64,000 nucleotides of DNA, taken from Holophagales bacterium UBA5704. Its GTDB lineage: Bacteria; Acidobacteriota; Thermoanaerobaculia; Multivoradales; UBA5704. Shown piece by piece: positions 1 to 9,090 of this stretch. Position 1 is the first letter of the stretch. Every line of letters starts with the position of its first letter. The position numbers and the translations under genes were made by a program. The notes beneath the pieces are model-generated. The model worked only from the letters and a program-made list of their open reading frames with translations, had not been told where the DNA came from and ran no database searches. The stretch spans positions 18,296-82,295 of the forward strand of contig DIHE01000157.1 in NCBI GenBank assembly GCA_002420005.1, written 5' to 3'.

Positions 1-1
1 C

Positions 2-2029
2 GGCCATCCCGCGATCCGGGAGTGCGCCGTCCTGGCGCGCCGCGACGAAGGAGAGACCCGCCTGGTCGCCTACGTGGTCCTGCACCGGGCCGATGCGGCC
101 GGCACGGCGGAATCCTCCCTCCGCGAAGGGCTCCGGGAGCGCCTCCCCGACTTCATGGTCCCCTCGGCCTGGGTCTTCCTGGAGGCGCTGCCGCTCTCCG
201 CCAACGGCAAGCTGGACCGCCGAGCCCTGCCGGCGCCGGGGCGAAAGGCCGAGGACCCGGGGTATGTCGCACCGTCCGATCCGATCGAGGAAACGCTGGC
301 CGCCATCTGGGCCGAGGTGCTGGGGCTCGACCGGATCGGGGCGACCGACGACTTCTTCGCGCTGGGGGGGCACTCCCTGCTGGCCACCCAGGTGGTCACC
401 CGGGTGCGCGAGGTGCTGGGCGTGGAGCTGCCGCTGCGGCGTATTTTCGAGACGCCGACCCTGGCGGGCCTGGCGCGCGCGATCGCAACCGGCCTCTCGC
501 GCTCCACGGTGCAGGAGGTGCCGCCCTTGGAGGCGGTGCCGCGCGATCTGCCGCTGCCGCTCTCGTACTCCCAGCAACAGTTCTGGTTCCTCCAGCGGAT
601 GGATCCGGAAGGCAGCGCCTACACGATCTTTCTCCCCTTCCATCTCGCCGGGCGGCTCGACCCGGCGGTCCTCGCCTGGACGCTGGACGAGATCGTCCGG
701 CGCCACGAGGTGCTGCGCACGACGTTCGCCGACGTCGACGGTGCACCGGAGCTGCGCATCGCGGCCCGGGTTACGGTCGCGCTGCCCCAGGTCGATCTCG
801 GCGCGCTCGCGAAGGAGCGGCGCGAGGCCGAGCTGAGGCGCCTGGCGAGGGAGGAGAGGAGGCGTCCCTTCGATCTGGCAACCGGGCCGCTGCTGCGGGT
901 GCTCCTGGTGCGCCTCGCAGCGGCGGAGCACGCCGTGCTCGCCGCCCTGCACCACATCGCCGGCGACGGCTGGTCGCTGGGAGTCCTCACGCGCGAGATC
1001 GGCGAGATCTACGCCGCACGCTGTGAACGGCGCGCGGCGGCGCTGCCCGACCTGTCGATCCAGTACGCGGATTTCGCCCACTGGCAGCGGCGCTGGCTGT
1101 CCGGCGAGATCCTGGAGCAGCAGCTCGCCTACTGGCGGGAGCGGCTGGGGGGAGCCCGCGACGCGCTGCGCCTGCCCACCGAACGGCCGCGCCACGACGT
1201 GGTCGACACGCGCAGCTCCTTCCTCATCGTGGAGCTCTCGCGCGAGGTCTCGGCGGAGCTGGCCGGCCTGAGCCGGAGCGCGGATGCCACCCTGTTCATG
1301 ACCCTGCTGGCCGGTTACATGGTCTTGTTGCGCTGCCATGCGCAGCAGGACGACATCCTGGTCGGCACACCGATCGCCAACCGCCATCTCATCGAGACCG
1401 AAGACTTGATCGGCCTCTTCACGAACACGCTGGTCCTGCGGGCCGACCTGGCGGGCCAGCCGACCTTCCGGGAGGTGATCGCCCGCGTCCGGGAGGCCGC
1501 GCTGGGTGCCTACGCGCACCAGGACCTGCCCTTCGTCACGCTGGTCGAATCCCTGCGGCTGGAGCGCGACCCGAACCGGTCGCCTCTGTTCCAGGTCTGG
1601 TTCGCCCTCCAAAACACTCCGCGGGTGGCGCTGGATCTGCCCGACTTGACGCTGCGGCCGCTCGAGCTGTGGGAGGGGGAGGCGCGGCACGACCTGAAGC
1701 TCGACCTGACGGAAACGCCGGAGGGAATCCGGGGGTTCTTCGAGTACAAGACCGCTCTGTTCCGGCCCGCGGTGGTGGAGCGGATGGCGCGCGACCTGAA
1801 GGCGCTCCTCGAGCTGGTGGCGCGCGATCCGGACGTGCGCCTCGACCGCATCGAGAGCGAGCTCGCCGAGCTCGCGCGGCGGTCGCGGGAGCAGCGGGAA
1901 GACGAGCTCGAGCGCGCGATCTCCCAGGATCTTCGCGGCCTCAAGGGGAGGACCGGAGCGCGCACCCCGACGGTGGTCCGGAGGAGCCCGGGCGAGGGAT
2001 CGGAGCCCCTGGACGAGGAAAGGCGGTAG
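2..2029 (+). CDS. Non-ribosomal peptide synthetase, 5'-truncated by the window edge (end of A domain - T - C)
   Basis: The frame is open from nt 2 (GHPAIRECAVLARRDEGETRLVAYVV...). A10 motif LPLSANGKLDRRALP. Carrier motif FFALGGHSLLATQ (Ser codon 374-376). C-domain motifs LSYSQQQFWF, RHEVLRTTF and HHIAGDG (950-970). Stop at 2027-2029. Confidence 0.9.
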   Translation, partial: GHPAIRECAVLARRDEGETRLVAYVVLHRADAAGTAESSLREGLRERLPDFMVPSAWVFLEALPLSANGKLDRRALPAPGRKAEDPGYVAPSDPIEETLAAIWAEVLGLDRIGATDDFFALGGHSLLATQVVTRVREVLGVELPLRRIFETPTLAGLARAIATGLSRSTVQEVPPLEAVPRDLPLPLSYSQQQFWFLQRMDPEGSAYTIFLPFHLAGRLDPAVLAWTLDEIVRRHEVLRTTFADVDGAPELRIAARVTVALPQVDLGALAKERREAELRRLAREERRRPFDLATGPLLRVLLVRLAAAEHAVLAALHHIAGDGWSLGVLTREIGEIYAARCERRAAALPDLSIQYADFAHWQRRWLSGEILEQQLAYWRERLGGARDALRLPTERPRHDVVDTRSSFLIVELSREVSAELAGLSRSADATLFMTLLAGYMVLLRCHAQQDDILVGTPIANRHLIETEDLIGLFTNTLVLRADLAGQPTFREVIARVREAALGAYAHQDLPFVTLVESLRLERDPNRSPLFQVWFALQNTPRVALDLPDLTLRPLELWEGEARHDLKLDLTETPEGIRGFFEYKTALFRPAVVERMARDLKALLELVARDPDVRLDRIESELAELARRSREQREDELERAISQDLRGLKGRTGARTPTVVRRSPGEGSEPLDEERR

Positions 2030-2036
2030 ACGGCGG

Positions 2037-3360
2037 ATGGGTGAAGACGTCCTCGAAGGATTTCCCCTCTCTGCGCAGCAGCGGGCTGTGTGGACGTTGC
2101 AACAGACCGGTGGCGGCGCGTTCCGCTGCCAGTGCGCGGTCTGGCTCGATGGTCCGGTCGCCCCCGGGCTCCTGGAGGAGGCGCTCGCCGAGGTGGTCGC
2201 CCGCCACGAGATCCTGCGCACCCGGTTCGAGCACGCGGAAGAGCTGGCGGAGCCGTTCCAGGTCATCGGCGAGCCGGCGGGGCCGCCGCTCTCCAGAGTC
2301 GAAGGCGCGGCCGGGGAAGACGTCCGGTCTCTCCTCGCCGCACGCCGCCGCGCAGAGCGGCTGCTCCGCGATCCGCCGCCGGCCGCCTCCCTCGCACAGC
2401 CCATGCCGGGGAGGCATCTCTTGATCCTCGATCTGCCGGCGCTCTGCGCCGACGCGGTCACCCTGGGCAACCTGGTTCGCGAGATCGCCGGCTCGTACGC
2501 GGCCCGCGCAGAAGGGCGCACGGCCGACGCCGGGGAGACTCTCCAGTACGTCGACTTCGCAGAGTGGCAGCGGGCTCTGCTGAGCTCCGGGGACGCCGAG
2601 ATCGGCCGCGAGCACTGGGACCGTCACGACCTGCGCCGTCTCGGCGAGGCCCGCCTTCCGTTGGCCGCGGCCCCCGAGGCCCGCGGCGAGCTGCGGCCGG
2701 AGATCCTCGACGTTCCCTGCGCGCCCAGGGTCCTCTCGTCCCTGGAGGCCATGGATGCCTCGATCCGGGCGGTGCTCGCCGCGGCCTGGGCCGCCCTGGC
2801 CGGCAAGCTGCTCGGCGGCGCGGTGCTCCTGGGTGTGGCCGCCGCCGGGCGCAACTTCCAGGAGCTGAGCGACGCGCTGGGACTGTACGAGACCTTCCTG
2901 CCCGTGCGCCTGGAGCTCGACGCCGAGGAGCCTTTCGCCGCTCTCGCCGGACGGGTGGAGAAAGAGCTCGCCACGGCCGCCCGCTGGCAGCCGTTCTTCG
3001 GCTGGGGAGAGCTCGCCGGCCCCGCGGCCTTCTTCCCCGTCTGCTTCGCCTTCGAAGACCGTTCGGCGGTGCATCGGGCCGGCCCTCTCGAGCTCACCGT
3101 CGCCGATCAGTACACCTGTACCCATCGCTTCGAGGTGAAGCTCGTCGGCGTCCGCCGGCGCGACGGCCTGGCGCTGGAGCTCCACTACGACCCCGACCTC
3201 TTCCGGCGCGAGGACGTGGAGCGTCTCCGCGACAGCCTGCAGGCGGAGCTGGCGAGCCTCGCGGCCGATCCCCGGCGCCCGCTGGGCGACGTCGATCTGC
3301 TGGGGGCCGACGAGCGGGAACACCTCGCCAGGCATGCCGTGCCGCTGCCATTTCCATCGG
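2037..3360 (+). other. Condensation-like domain lacking the catalytic HHxxxDG motif (candidate interface/recruitment domain)
   Basis: About 440 aa ahead of the A domain. C-domain-like motifs flank DLPALCADAVTL at the position of HHxxxDG. It is paralogous to the N terminus of the 7710 gene (EVPALCADRRGL). Domain ends are approximate. Confidence 0.5.
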
Positions 3361-6300
3361 GAGACGAGGCCCCGGTCCATCTCCTGTTCGAGCGGTGGGT
3401 GGCCGAGCGATCCGCCGAGCCGGCGCTCGTTTTCGAGGACCGGGTGCTGTCCTGGGCCGAGCTCAACAGCCGGGCCAACCAGCTCGCGCATCGCCTGCGA
3501 AGGGAAGGGGTCGGGCCGGACGTCCCGGTGGCGATCTGCCTCCCGCGGTCCCCCCCCGTCGTCGTCTGCCTCCTGGGCATCCTCAAGGCCGGCGGCGCCT
3601 ATGTGCCTCTCGATCCGAGCCTGCCCTCCGAGCGGCTGGCCACCCTGCTGGAGGACTGCGCAGCGCGCGTGCTCCTCGCCGACCGGCGCACCGCGGTGCG
3701 CCTGCCGCAGGGGCCGGCCCGGCGGATCCTGGTGGATGTCGAGGCGGATCGCATCGCAAGCGAGAGCCGGGACAACCCGCGGCCGGCGGCGTGCGGCGCC
3801 AACCTGGCCTATGTCATCTTCACCTCGGGATCGACCGGGCGGCCCAAAGGCGTCGGCGTCGAGCATCGCCAGCTCCTGAGCTATCTCCAGGGCATCTTGC
3901 AGGTCCTGGATACCGCGCCGGGCGACGCGTTTGCGCTGGTCTCCACCTTCGCCGCCGATCTCGGGCACACCTGTCTGTTCCCGGCTCTCTGCGGCGGCGG
4001 CGTCCTCCATCTCCTCGCCGACGAGCGGGTCGCGGACGGCGACGCCCTGGCCGACTATGGCACGCGCCACCGCATCGACTTCCTGAAGATCGTACCCGGG
4101 CACCTGGCGGCCTTGCTGGAGGCCGAACGGCGCGAGTCGATCCTGCCGCGCCGCGGCCTCATTCTGGGCGGAGAGACGGCCGCCCGGACGTTGCTCGACC
4201 GGGTGCGCCGGCTCGCACCGCAGTGCCGGACGTTCAACCACTACGGCCCGACGGAGACGACGGTCGGCGCGATGATCTATGAGATGGGCCCGGACCTGGC
4301 GGCCTGGCCGGGGAGGGGGATGCCGCTGGCACGGCCGCTGGCAGGATCGGCGGTGGCCGTGCTCGATCCCCGCCTCACCCTCGTGCCGGCCTGGGCGGCG
4401 GGCGAGCTCTACATCGGCGGCTCCGGGGTCGCCCGCGGCTACGTCGGCCGCCCGGATCTCACCGCCGAGCGGTTCCTGCCCGATCCGTTCGCCGGTGCGC
4501 CGGGAGCGCGCCGGTATCGCACCGGCGACCTGGTGCGCCGGCTCGGCGCCGCGGGCCTGGAGGTCCTCGGCCGCGTCGACCATCAAGTGAAGATCCACGG
4601 CTTCCGCATCGAGCCCGGCGAGATCGAGGCGGCCCTCCGCCGTCACCCGGCGATCCGCGACGCCGTGGTGGTGGCACGGGAGGACGGAGGCGGCGAGAAG
4701 CGGCTGATCGCCTATGTCACCGCGGAAGGGGCCGGCGTCCCGGCCCGCAGCGAGCTGCGCATCTTCCTCGCCGCGCACCTCCCCGAGCCCATGATCCCGG
4801 CGGTCTTCGTCCCCTTGGAGTCTCTCCCCCGCACCGCCAACGGCAAGCTGGATCGCCGCGCCCTGCCACCGCCTCCTGCGGCCATGGAGCCGACCGGCGG
4901 CGACGGCGCGCCGCGCAGCCTCGCCGAGGAAGTCCTGGCTGAAATCTGGGCCGAGCTGCTCCGGCTCGACCGCATCGGCATTCACGACAACTTCTTCGAG
5001 CTGGGGGGCCATTCGCTGCTGCTCACCCAGATGGCATCGCGCGTCCGCAAGGTGTTCGGCGTGGAGCTCTCCCTGCGGACCCTGTTCGATCACCCGACCG
5101 TCGCCAAGCTCGCTCTGCAGGTGGCGCAGGGGGCGGACGGCGGGGAGGTGCTGCAGCTGCCCGCCATCGAGCCGGCCGAGCCGGCGGCGCGCCTGGGCGA
5201 CCAGCCGCTGTCGTCCGCCCAGCAACGCATCTGGTTCGTCGACCGGCTGGTCGCCGGCAGCTTCTTCAACATCCCCGCCGCCGTGCGCATCCGGGGGAGG
5301 CTGGACGAGGTCGCCCTGGAGAAGAGCCTCTCCGAAATCGTGCGCCGGCACGAGGTGCTGCGCGCGACCTTCCGGGTCGTGGGGCGGCAGCCGGTGCAGC
5401 GGATCGCTCCCCCGGCACCGCTGCCGCTGCCACGCATCGATCTCTGCGCCCTGGCGGTGGCGGTGCGCGACGCCTGTGCCGTGACCCTCGCCCGCGAGGA
5501 GGGGTCGCGGCCGTTCGACCTGTCGTGCGACCGGCCGCTGCGCGCCGCGCTCCTGCGCACGGGAGAGAACGAACGGGTCCTGCTGTTGACGCTGCACCAC
5601 ATGGTGAGCGACGCCTGGTCGATCGATCTTCTGGTGCGCGAGCTGGCCGCGCTCTACGAAGCCTTGGCGGCGGGCGCTCCTTCGCCGCTGCCCGAGCCCG
5701 CCCTCCAGTACACGGACTATGCCCGCTGGCAGCAGCGCCGGCTGCGGGGGGATGCCGAAGAGAAGCTCCTGGCCTTCTGGCGGCGCCAGCTCGCGGGAGC
5801 CCCTCTGGTGCTCGAGCTGCCGATGGACCACCCGCGGCCCACCGCAGGTGTGCCGCAGGCGGCGCGCCACCCGCTGGCGCTCTCGCAGGAGCTGGCGCAG
5901 GCGCTGCGGGCGCTCTCCCGGGGCGAAGGTGCGACGCTCTTCATGACGCTGCTCGCCGCCTTCAACGTCCTCCTGGGACACCTGGCCGGCCGGGACGACA
6001 TCCTGGTGGGCGCCAATGCAGCGAATCGCACCCCGCTGGAGACCGAAGGCTTGATCGGGTGCTTCATCAACCAGATCGTCCTGCGCACCGATCTTGCGGG
6101 CAACCCGACGTTTCGCGAGCTGCTGGCGCGGGTACGGCGGACGGCGCTGGACGCCTATGCCCACGAGCTCCTCCCGTTCGACCGCCTGGTCGAAGAGCTC
6201 GCTCCGCCGCGCGAGCCGGGGCGCCACCTGCTGTTCCAGGTCAAGCTCGAGCTGCAGAGCCGCCAAGGGCCGCGCGAGCTGGCGGGGCTCGTCCTCGAGC

Positions 6301-6659
6301 AGCTCGACACCGGGTATCAGATCCTCCGCTACGACCTGTACCTGGCTCTGCGCGAATCCCCCGAGGGGATCACCGGAGCGCTCGCGTACAACGCCGACCT
6401 GTTCGAGCCGGGGACCGTCGCGTGCATGGCGGACCAGCTCGCGGCGCTCCTGCAGAGCATCGCCGGACATCCCGAGGCCACCCTGGACGAGCTGCGGGCG
6501 GTGCTCGCCGAGACGGGACGCCGCCGGCGCCATCGGGAAACCGCGGAGCTGGAACAGGCGGCGCTGCGCCACCTGGGCCGGACCCGGCGACGAGCCGCCG
6601 AAACCATCCATGCCACCTCCACCAAAGGAGTCGAAGATGTCAGAGCGGGCAGCTGGTGA
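2037..6659 (+). CDS. Non-ribosomal peptide synthetase, one module: noncanonical C-like domain - A - T - C
   Basis: 1540 aa ORF. The N-terminal domain has C1/C2-like motifs (LSAQQRAVW, RHEILRTRF) but DLPALCAD (2430-2453) where HHxxxDG is expected. A-domain cores: LSWAELNSRANQLA, AYVIFTSGSTGRPKG, NHYGPTETT, YRTGDL, GRVDHQVKIHGFRIE, LPRTANGKLDRRALP. T domain FFELGGHSLL (Ser 5013-5015). C-terminal C domain LSSAQQRIWF and HHMVSDA (5595-5615). Confidence 0.9.
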   Translation: MGEDVLEGFPLSAQQRAVWTLQQTGGGAFRCQCAVWLDGPVAPGLLEEALAEVVARHEILRTRFEHAEELAEPFQVIGEPAGPPLSRVEGAAGEDVRSLLAARRRAERLLRDPPPAASLAQPMPGRHLLILDLPALCADAVTLGNLVREIAGSYAARAEGRTADAGETLQYVDFAEWQRALLSSGDAEIGREHWDRHDLRRLGEARLPLAAAPEARGELRPEILDVPCAPRVLSSLEAMDASIRAVLAAAWAALAGKLLGGAVLLGVAAAGRNFQELSDALGLYETFLPVRLELDAEEPFAALAGRVEKELATAARWQPFFGWGELAGPAAFFPVCFAFEDRSAVHRAGPLELTVADQYTCTHRFEVKLVGVRRRDGLALELHYDPDLFRREDVERLRDSLQAELASLAADPRRPLGDVDLLGADEREHLARHAVPLPFPSGDEAPVHLLFERWVAERSAEPALVFEDRVLSWAELNSRANQLAHRLRREGVGPDVPVAICLPRSPPVVVCLLGILKAGGAYVPLDPSLPSERLATLLEDCAARVLLADRRTAVRLPQGPARRILVDVEADRIASESRDNPRPAACGANLAYVIFTSGSTGRPKGVGVEHRQLLSYLQGILQVLDTAPGDAFALVSTFAADLGHTCLFPALCGGGVLHLLADERVADGDALADYGTRHRIDFLKIVPGHLAALLEAERRESILPRRGLILGGETAARTLLDRVRRLAPQCRTFNHYGPTETTVGAMIYEMGPDLAAWPGRGMPLARPLAGSAVAVLDPRLTLVPAWAAGELYIGGSGVARGYVGRPDLTAERFLPDPFAGAPGARRYRTGDLVRRLGAAGLEVLGRVDHQVKIHGFRIEPGEIEAALRRHPAIRDAVVVAREDGGGEKRLIAYVTAEGAGVPARSELRIFLAAHLPEPMIPAVFVPLESLPRTANGKLDRRALPPPPAAMEPTGGDGAPRSLAEEVLAEIWAELLRLDRIGIHDNFFELGGHSLLLTQMASRVRKVFGVELSLRTLFDHPTVAKLALQVAQGADGGEVLQLPAIEPAEPAARLGDQPLSSAQQRIWFVDRLVAGSFFNIPAAVRIRGRLDEVALEKSLSEIVRRHEVLRATFRVVGRQPVQRIAPPAPLPLPRIDLCALAVAVRDACAVTLAREEGSRPFDLSCDRPLRAALLRTGENERVLLLTLHHMVSDAWSIDLLVRELAALYEALAAGAPSPLPEPALQYTDYARWQQRRLRGDAEEKLLAFWRRQLAGAPLVLELPMDHPRPTAGVPQAARHPLALSQELAQALRALSRGEGATLFMTLLAAFNVLLGHLAGRDDILVGANAANRTPLETEGLIGCFINQIVLRTDLAGNPTFRELLARVRRTALDAYAHELLPFDRLVEELAPPREPGRHLLFQVKLELQSRQGPRELAGLVLEQLDTGYQILRYDLYLALRESPEGITGALAYNADLFEPGTVACMADQLAALLQSIAGHPEATLDELRAVLAETGRRRRHRETAELEQAALRHLGRTRRRAAETIHATSTKGVEDVRAGSW

Positions 6660-7686
6660 CCTTCCCAGCCTGGGGAGCCTGGGCCGGCCGGCGCGCCGCG
6701 CCGTCGTCGTGTCGCAGGAAAGCCTGGTGAACAGCAGCTCCCTGCTCCCCGGCAGCTCGCTTCCCCTCCTCATCGAGCCTGCGCTGGAGGACGTCGATCT
6801 CGTCGGCTGGGCGAAGAACCATCTCGACCAGATCGAGGCGTATCTGGACGAGCGTGGGGGCATCCTGTTCCGCGGTTTCAACCTGGGCGGGATCGATCGT
6901 TTCCAGGAGCTCAATCAGGCCACGTCGCGCACCGGCCTGCTGGAATATTCCTACCGCTCGACTCCGCGCACGCAGGTGCAAGGAAAGATCTATACATCCA
7001 CCGAGTACCCGGCGCAACAGCACATTCCGCTGCACAATGAGATGGCGTATTCCAGGAGCTGGCCGCTGCGGATCACTTTTTTCTGTGTGAAGAACGCCGA
7101 GCGGGGCGGCGAGACGCCGATCGCCGACAGCCGCCGCGTCCATGAACGGATTCCCCGCGAGATCCGCGAAGAATTCGCCGCCCGGCAGGTTCTGTACGTG
7201 CGCAACTATGGCCAGGGCCTCGATCTGCCCTGGCAGACCGTCTTCCAGACCGAGAGCCGCGAGGACGTCGAGCGTTTCTGCCGGGAGCATGGCATCGAGC
7301 TGGAATGGAAGGACGACGGAGGCCTGCGCACGAAGCAGCTCTGCCAGGCGGTCGCCGTGCATCCCCGGACCGGCGCGCCGGTCTGGTTCAATCAGGCGCA
7401 TCTCTTCCACTTTTCGAGCCTCGAGCCGGCTCTGCGCGAGTCTCTCCTGCGTTCGTTCGGCGAGGAGAACCTGCCGCGCAATGCGTGCTTCGGCGACGGC
7501 TCGCCGATCGACCCGGCGGCTCTGGCGGAGATCCGCCGGGCGTACCAGGAGGAGACGGTGGCGTTCCCCTGGCAGGAAGGGGACGTGCTTTTGCTCGACA
7601 ACATGTTGACGGCGCATGGACGCGCTCCCTTCGAGGGAGAACGCAAGATCCTCGTGGGGATGAGCGACGAGTCTTCCGCCGCTTAG
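6637..7686 (+). CDS. TauD/TfdA-family Fe(II)/2-oxoglutarate dioxygenase (SyrP-like amino-acid beta-hydroxylase candidate)
   Basis: ATG at 6637 is preceded by AAAGGAG (6624-6630) and overlaps the upstream NRPS stop by 23 nt. The sequence reads ...GGILFRGF...IPLHNEMAYS (H-x-E of the facial triad)...GDVLLLDNMLTAHGRAPF (distal His, Arg). Its ~349 aa length and position between NRPS genes are typical of SyrP/TauD-type tailoring enzymes. Confidence 0.85.
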   Translation: MSERAAGDLPSLGSLGRPARRAVVVSQESLVNSSSLLPGSSLPLLIEPALEDVDLVGWAKNHLDQIEAYLDERGGILFRGFNLGGIDRFQELNQATSRTGLLEYSYRSTPRTQVQGKIYTSTEYPAQQHIPLHNEMAYSRSWPLRITFFCVKNAERGGETPIADSRRVHERIPREIREEFAARQVLYVRNYGQGLDLPWQTVFQTESREDVERFCREHGIELEWKDDGGLRTKQLCQAVAVHPRTGAPVWFNQAHLFHFSSLEPALRESLLRSFGEENLPRNACFGDGSPIDPAALAEIRRAYQEETVAFPWQEGDVLLLDNMLTAHGRAPFEGERKILVGMSDESSAA

Positions 7687-7709
7687 CGGAAGGGGGCAGG
7701 AGCAGCAGC

Positions 7710-9090
7710 ATGGACGCGGCGATCACGGGCTTTGCTCTCTCTCCACAGCAGAAGCACCTCTGGCTTCTGGCGCAGGAAGGCGAGGCCGCCTTCCGCAGCC
7801 GGTGCACGGTCTTCCTGCGGGGCGACCTCGAGCCGGAAACTCTGAAGGCGGCCCTGGCGGACCTGGCGCAGCGCCACGAGGTGCTGCGCACGGTGTTCCA
7901 CCGCCCTCCCGGCCTGAGCCTGCCGCTGCAGGTGGTCGGGGAGCCCGGGTGGGACCTGCGGGAGGACAGCTTCGTCGATCTCCCCCCGGAGGAGCGGGCC
8001 GAGCGCCTCGGCCGGCTCCGCGCCCGCCTCGCCGCGGAGCCGATGGATCTGGCACGCGGGCCTTTGTGGCGCGCCGCTCTCGTGGCGCTGGCACCGCGAG
8101 AGCACGCCCTGCTTCTGGAAGTCCCGGCCCTGTGCGCCGACCGCCGCGGGCTCATCGCCCTGGTCCGGGAGATCGCCCGGTCCTGGACGGCGCTCGCCGC
8201 CGGCGGCGCGAGCGCCGGTGAGCCCGCCCAGTACATCGATCTGTCGGAGTGGCAGAACGAGCTGCTGAGCGCGGCGGACACCCGGCCGGGCCGGGAGCAC
8301 TGGCGCCGGCGCGGGACCACCGCACCGCCGCCTCCGGAGCTGCCGCTGCGCGCGGCGAGCCGTGCGGACGGTGCGAACGCTGCGCCGTTCCAGCCGCGCT
8401 CCGTGGCGGTGGCGCTCCCACCGGCTGCCTGGGGAGAGCTGCGCGCGCTCGCCGGGCGGGAGCAGACCGATCTGCGGAGCCTTCTGCTGGCCGCCTGGGC
8501 TCTCCTCCTGGCCCGGCTGACCGGCCGCGCGGAGCAGGAGGTCGGTCTGCTGGCCGATGGCCGCAACTTCAGCGAGCTGGTGGAGGCCGTGGGGCTGTTC
8601 GCGCGCTGCCTCCCGCTCTCCTTCACCGTGGCGCCGCACCGGCCGTTCACCTCGCTGCTGCGGGACGTCGCCGGTGAGGTGGGCGAGGCGGTGCAGCGAC
8701 AGCAGTTCTTCTCCTGGGAGGATTGGGAGGGCGGATCGCGCACCGCCACCGGGGTGCCCTGTCCGGAAGTCGCTTTCGAGCTCGCGGAGCTTCCGGAGCC
8801 GGTTGCGGCGCCGGGCGTGACGCTCTCCCTCGGCCACGCCGAGTCGACCAGCGAGCGCTTCGGCCTCAAGTTGCTGTGCTCGGCCGGGGACGAGGCCACC
8901 ACCGCGGAGATCGGCTTCGATGCCGCGCGCTTTCAGGAGGAAGACGTCCGCCGTCTGGCCGAGGGTCTCTCCGCCCTCCTGGCCGGCGTTCTCGCCTCCC
9001 CGGAGGGCGCCGTTGGAGACTTCGAGATCCTGGGTCCCGGGGAGAGAGCCCGCCGCCTGGTGGAGCTCAATCGGCCGGAGCCTCCGCTGC
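7710..9090 (+). other. Condensation-like domain lacking the catalytic HHxxxDG motif (second copy)
   Basis: N-terminal ~460 aa with LSPQQKHLWLL, RHEVLRTVF, LLLEVPALCADRRGLIALVREI and YIDLSEWQ. It has the same architecture as 2037-3360. Domain ends are approximate. Confidence 0.5.

Noticed and set aside
7305-7709. Upstream extension of the four-module NRPS ORF to the first in-frame Met at 7305
   Set aside because: The extension lies entirely inside the TauD-like gene in another frame and translates to low-complexity Arg/Gly/Pro sequence. The C-like domain begins right after ATG 7710.
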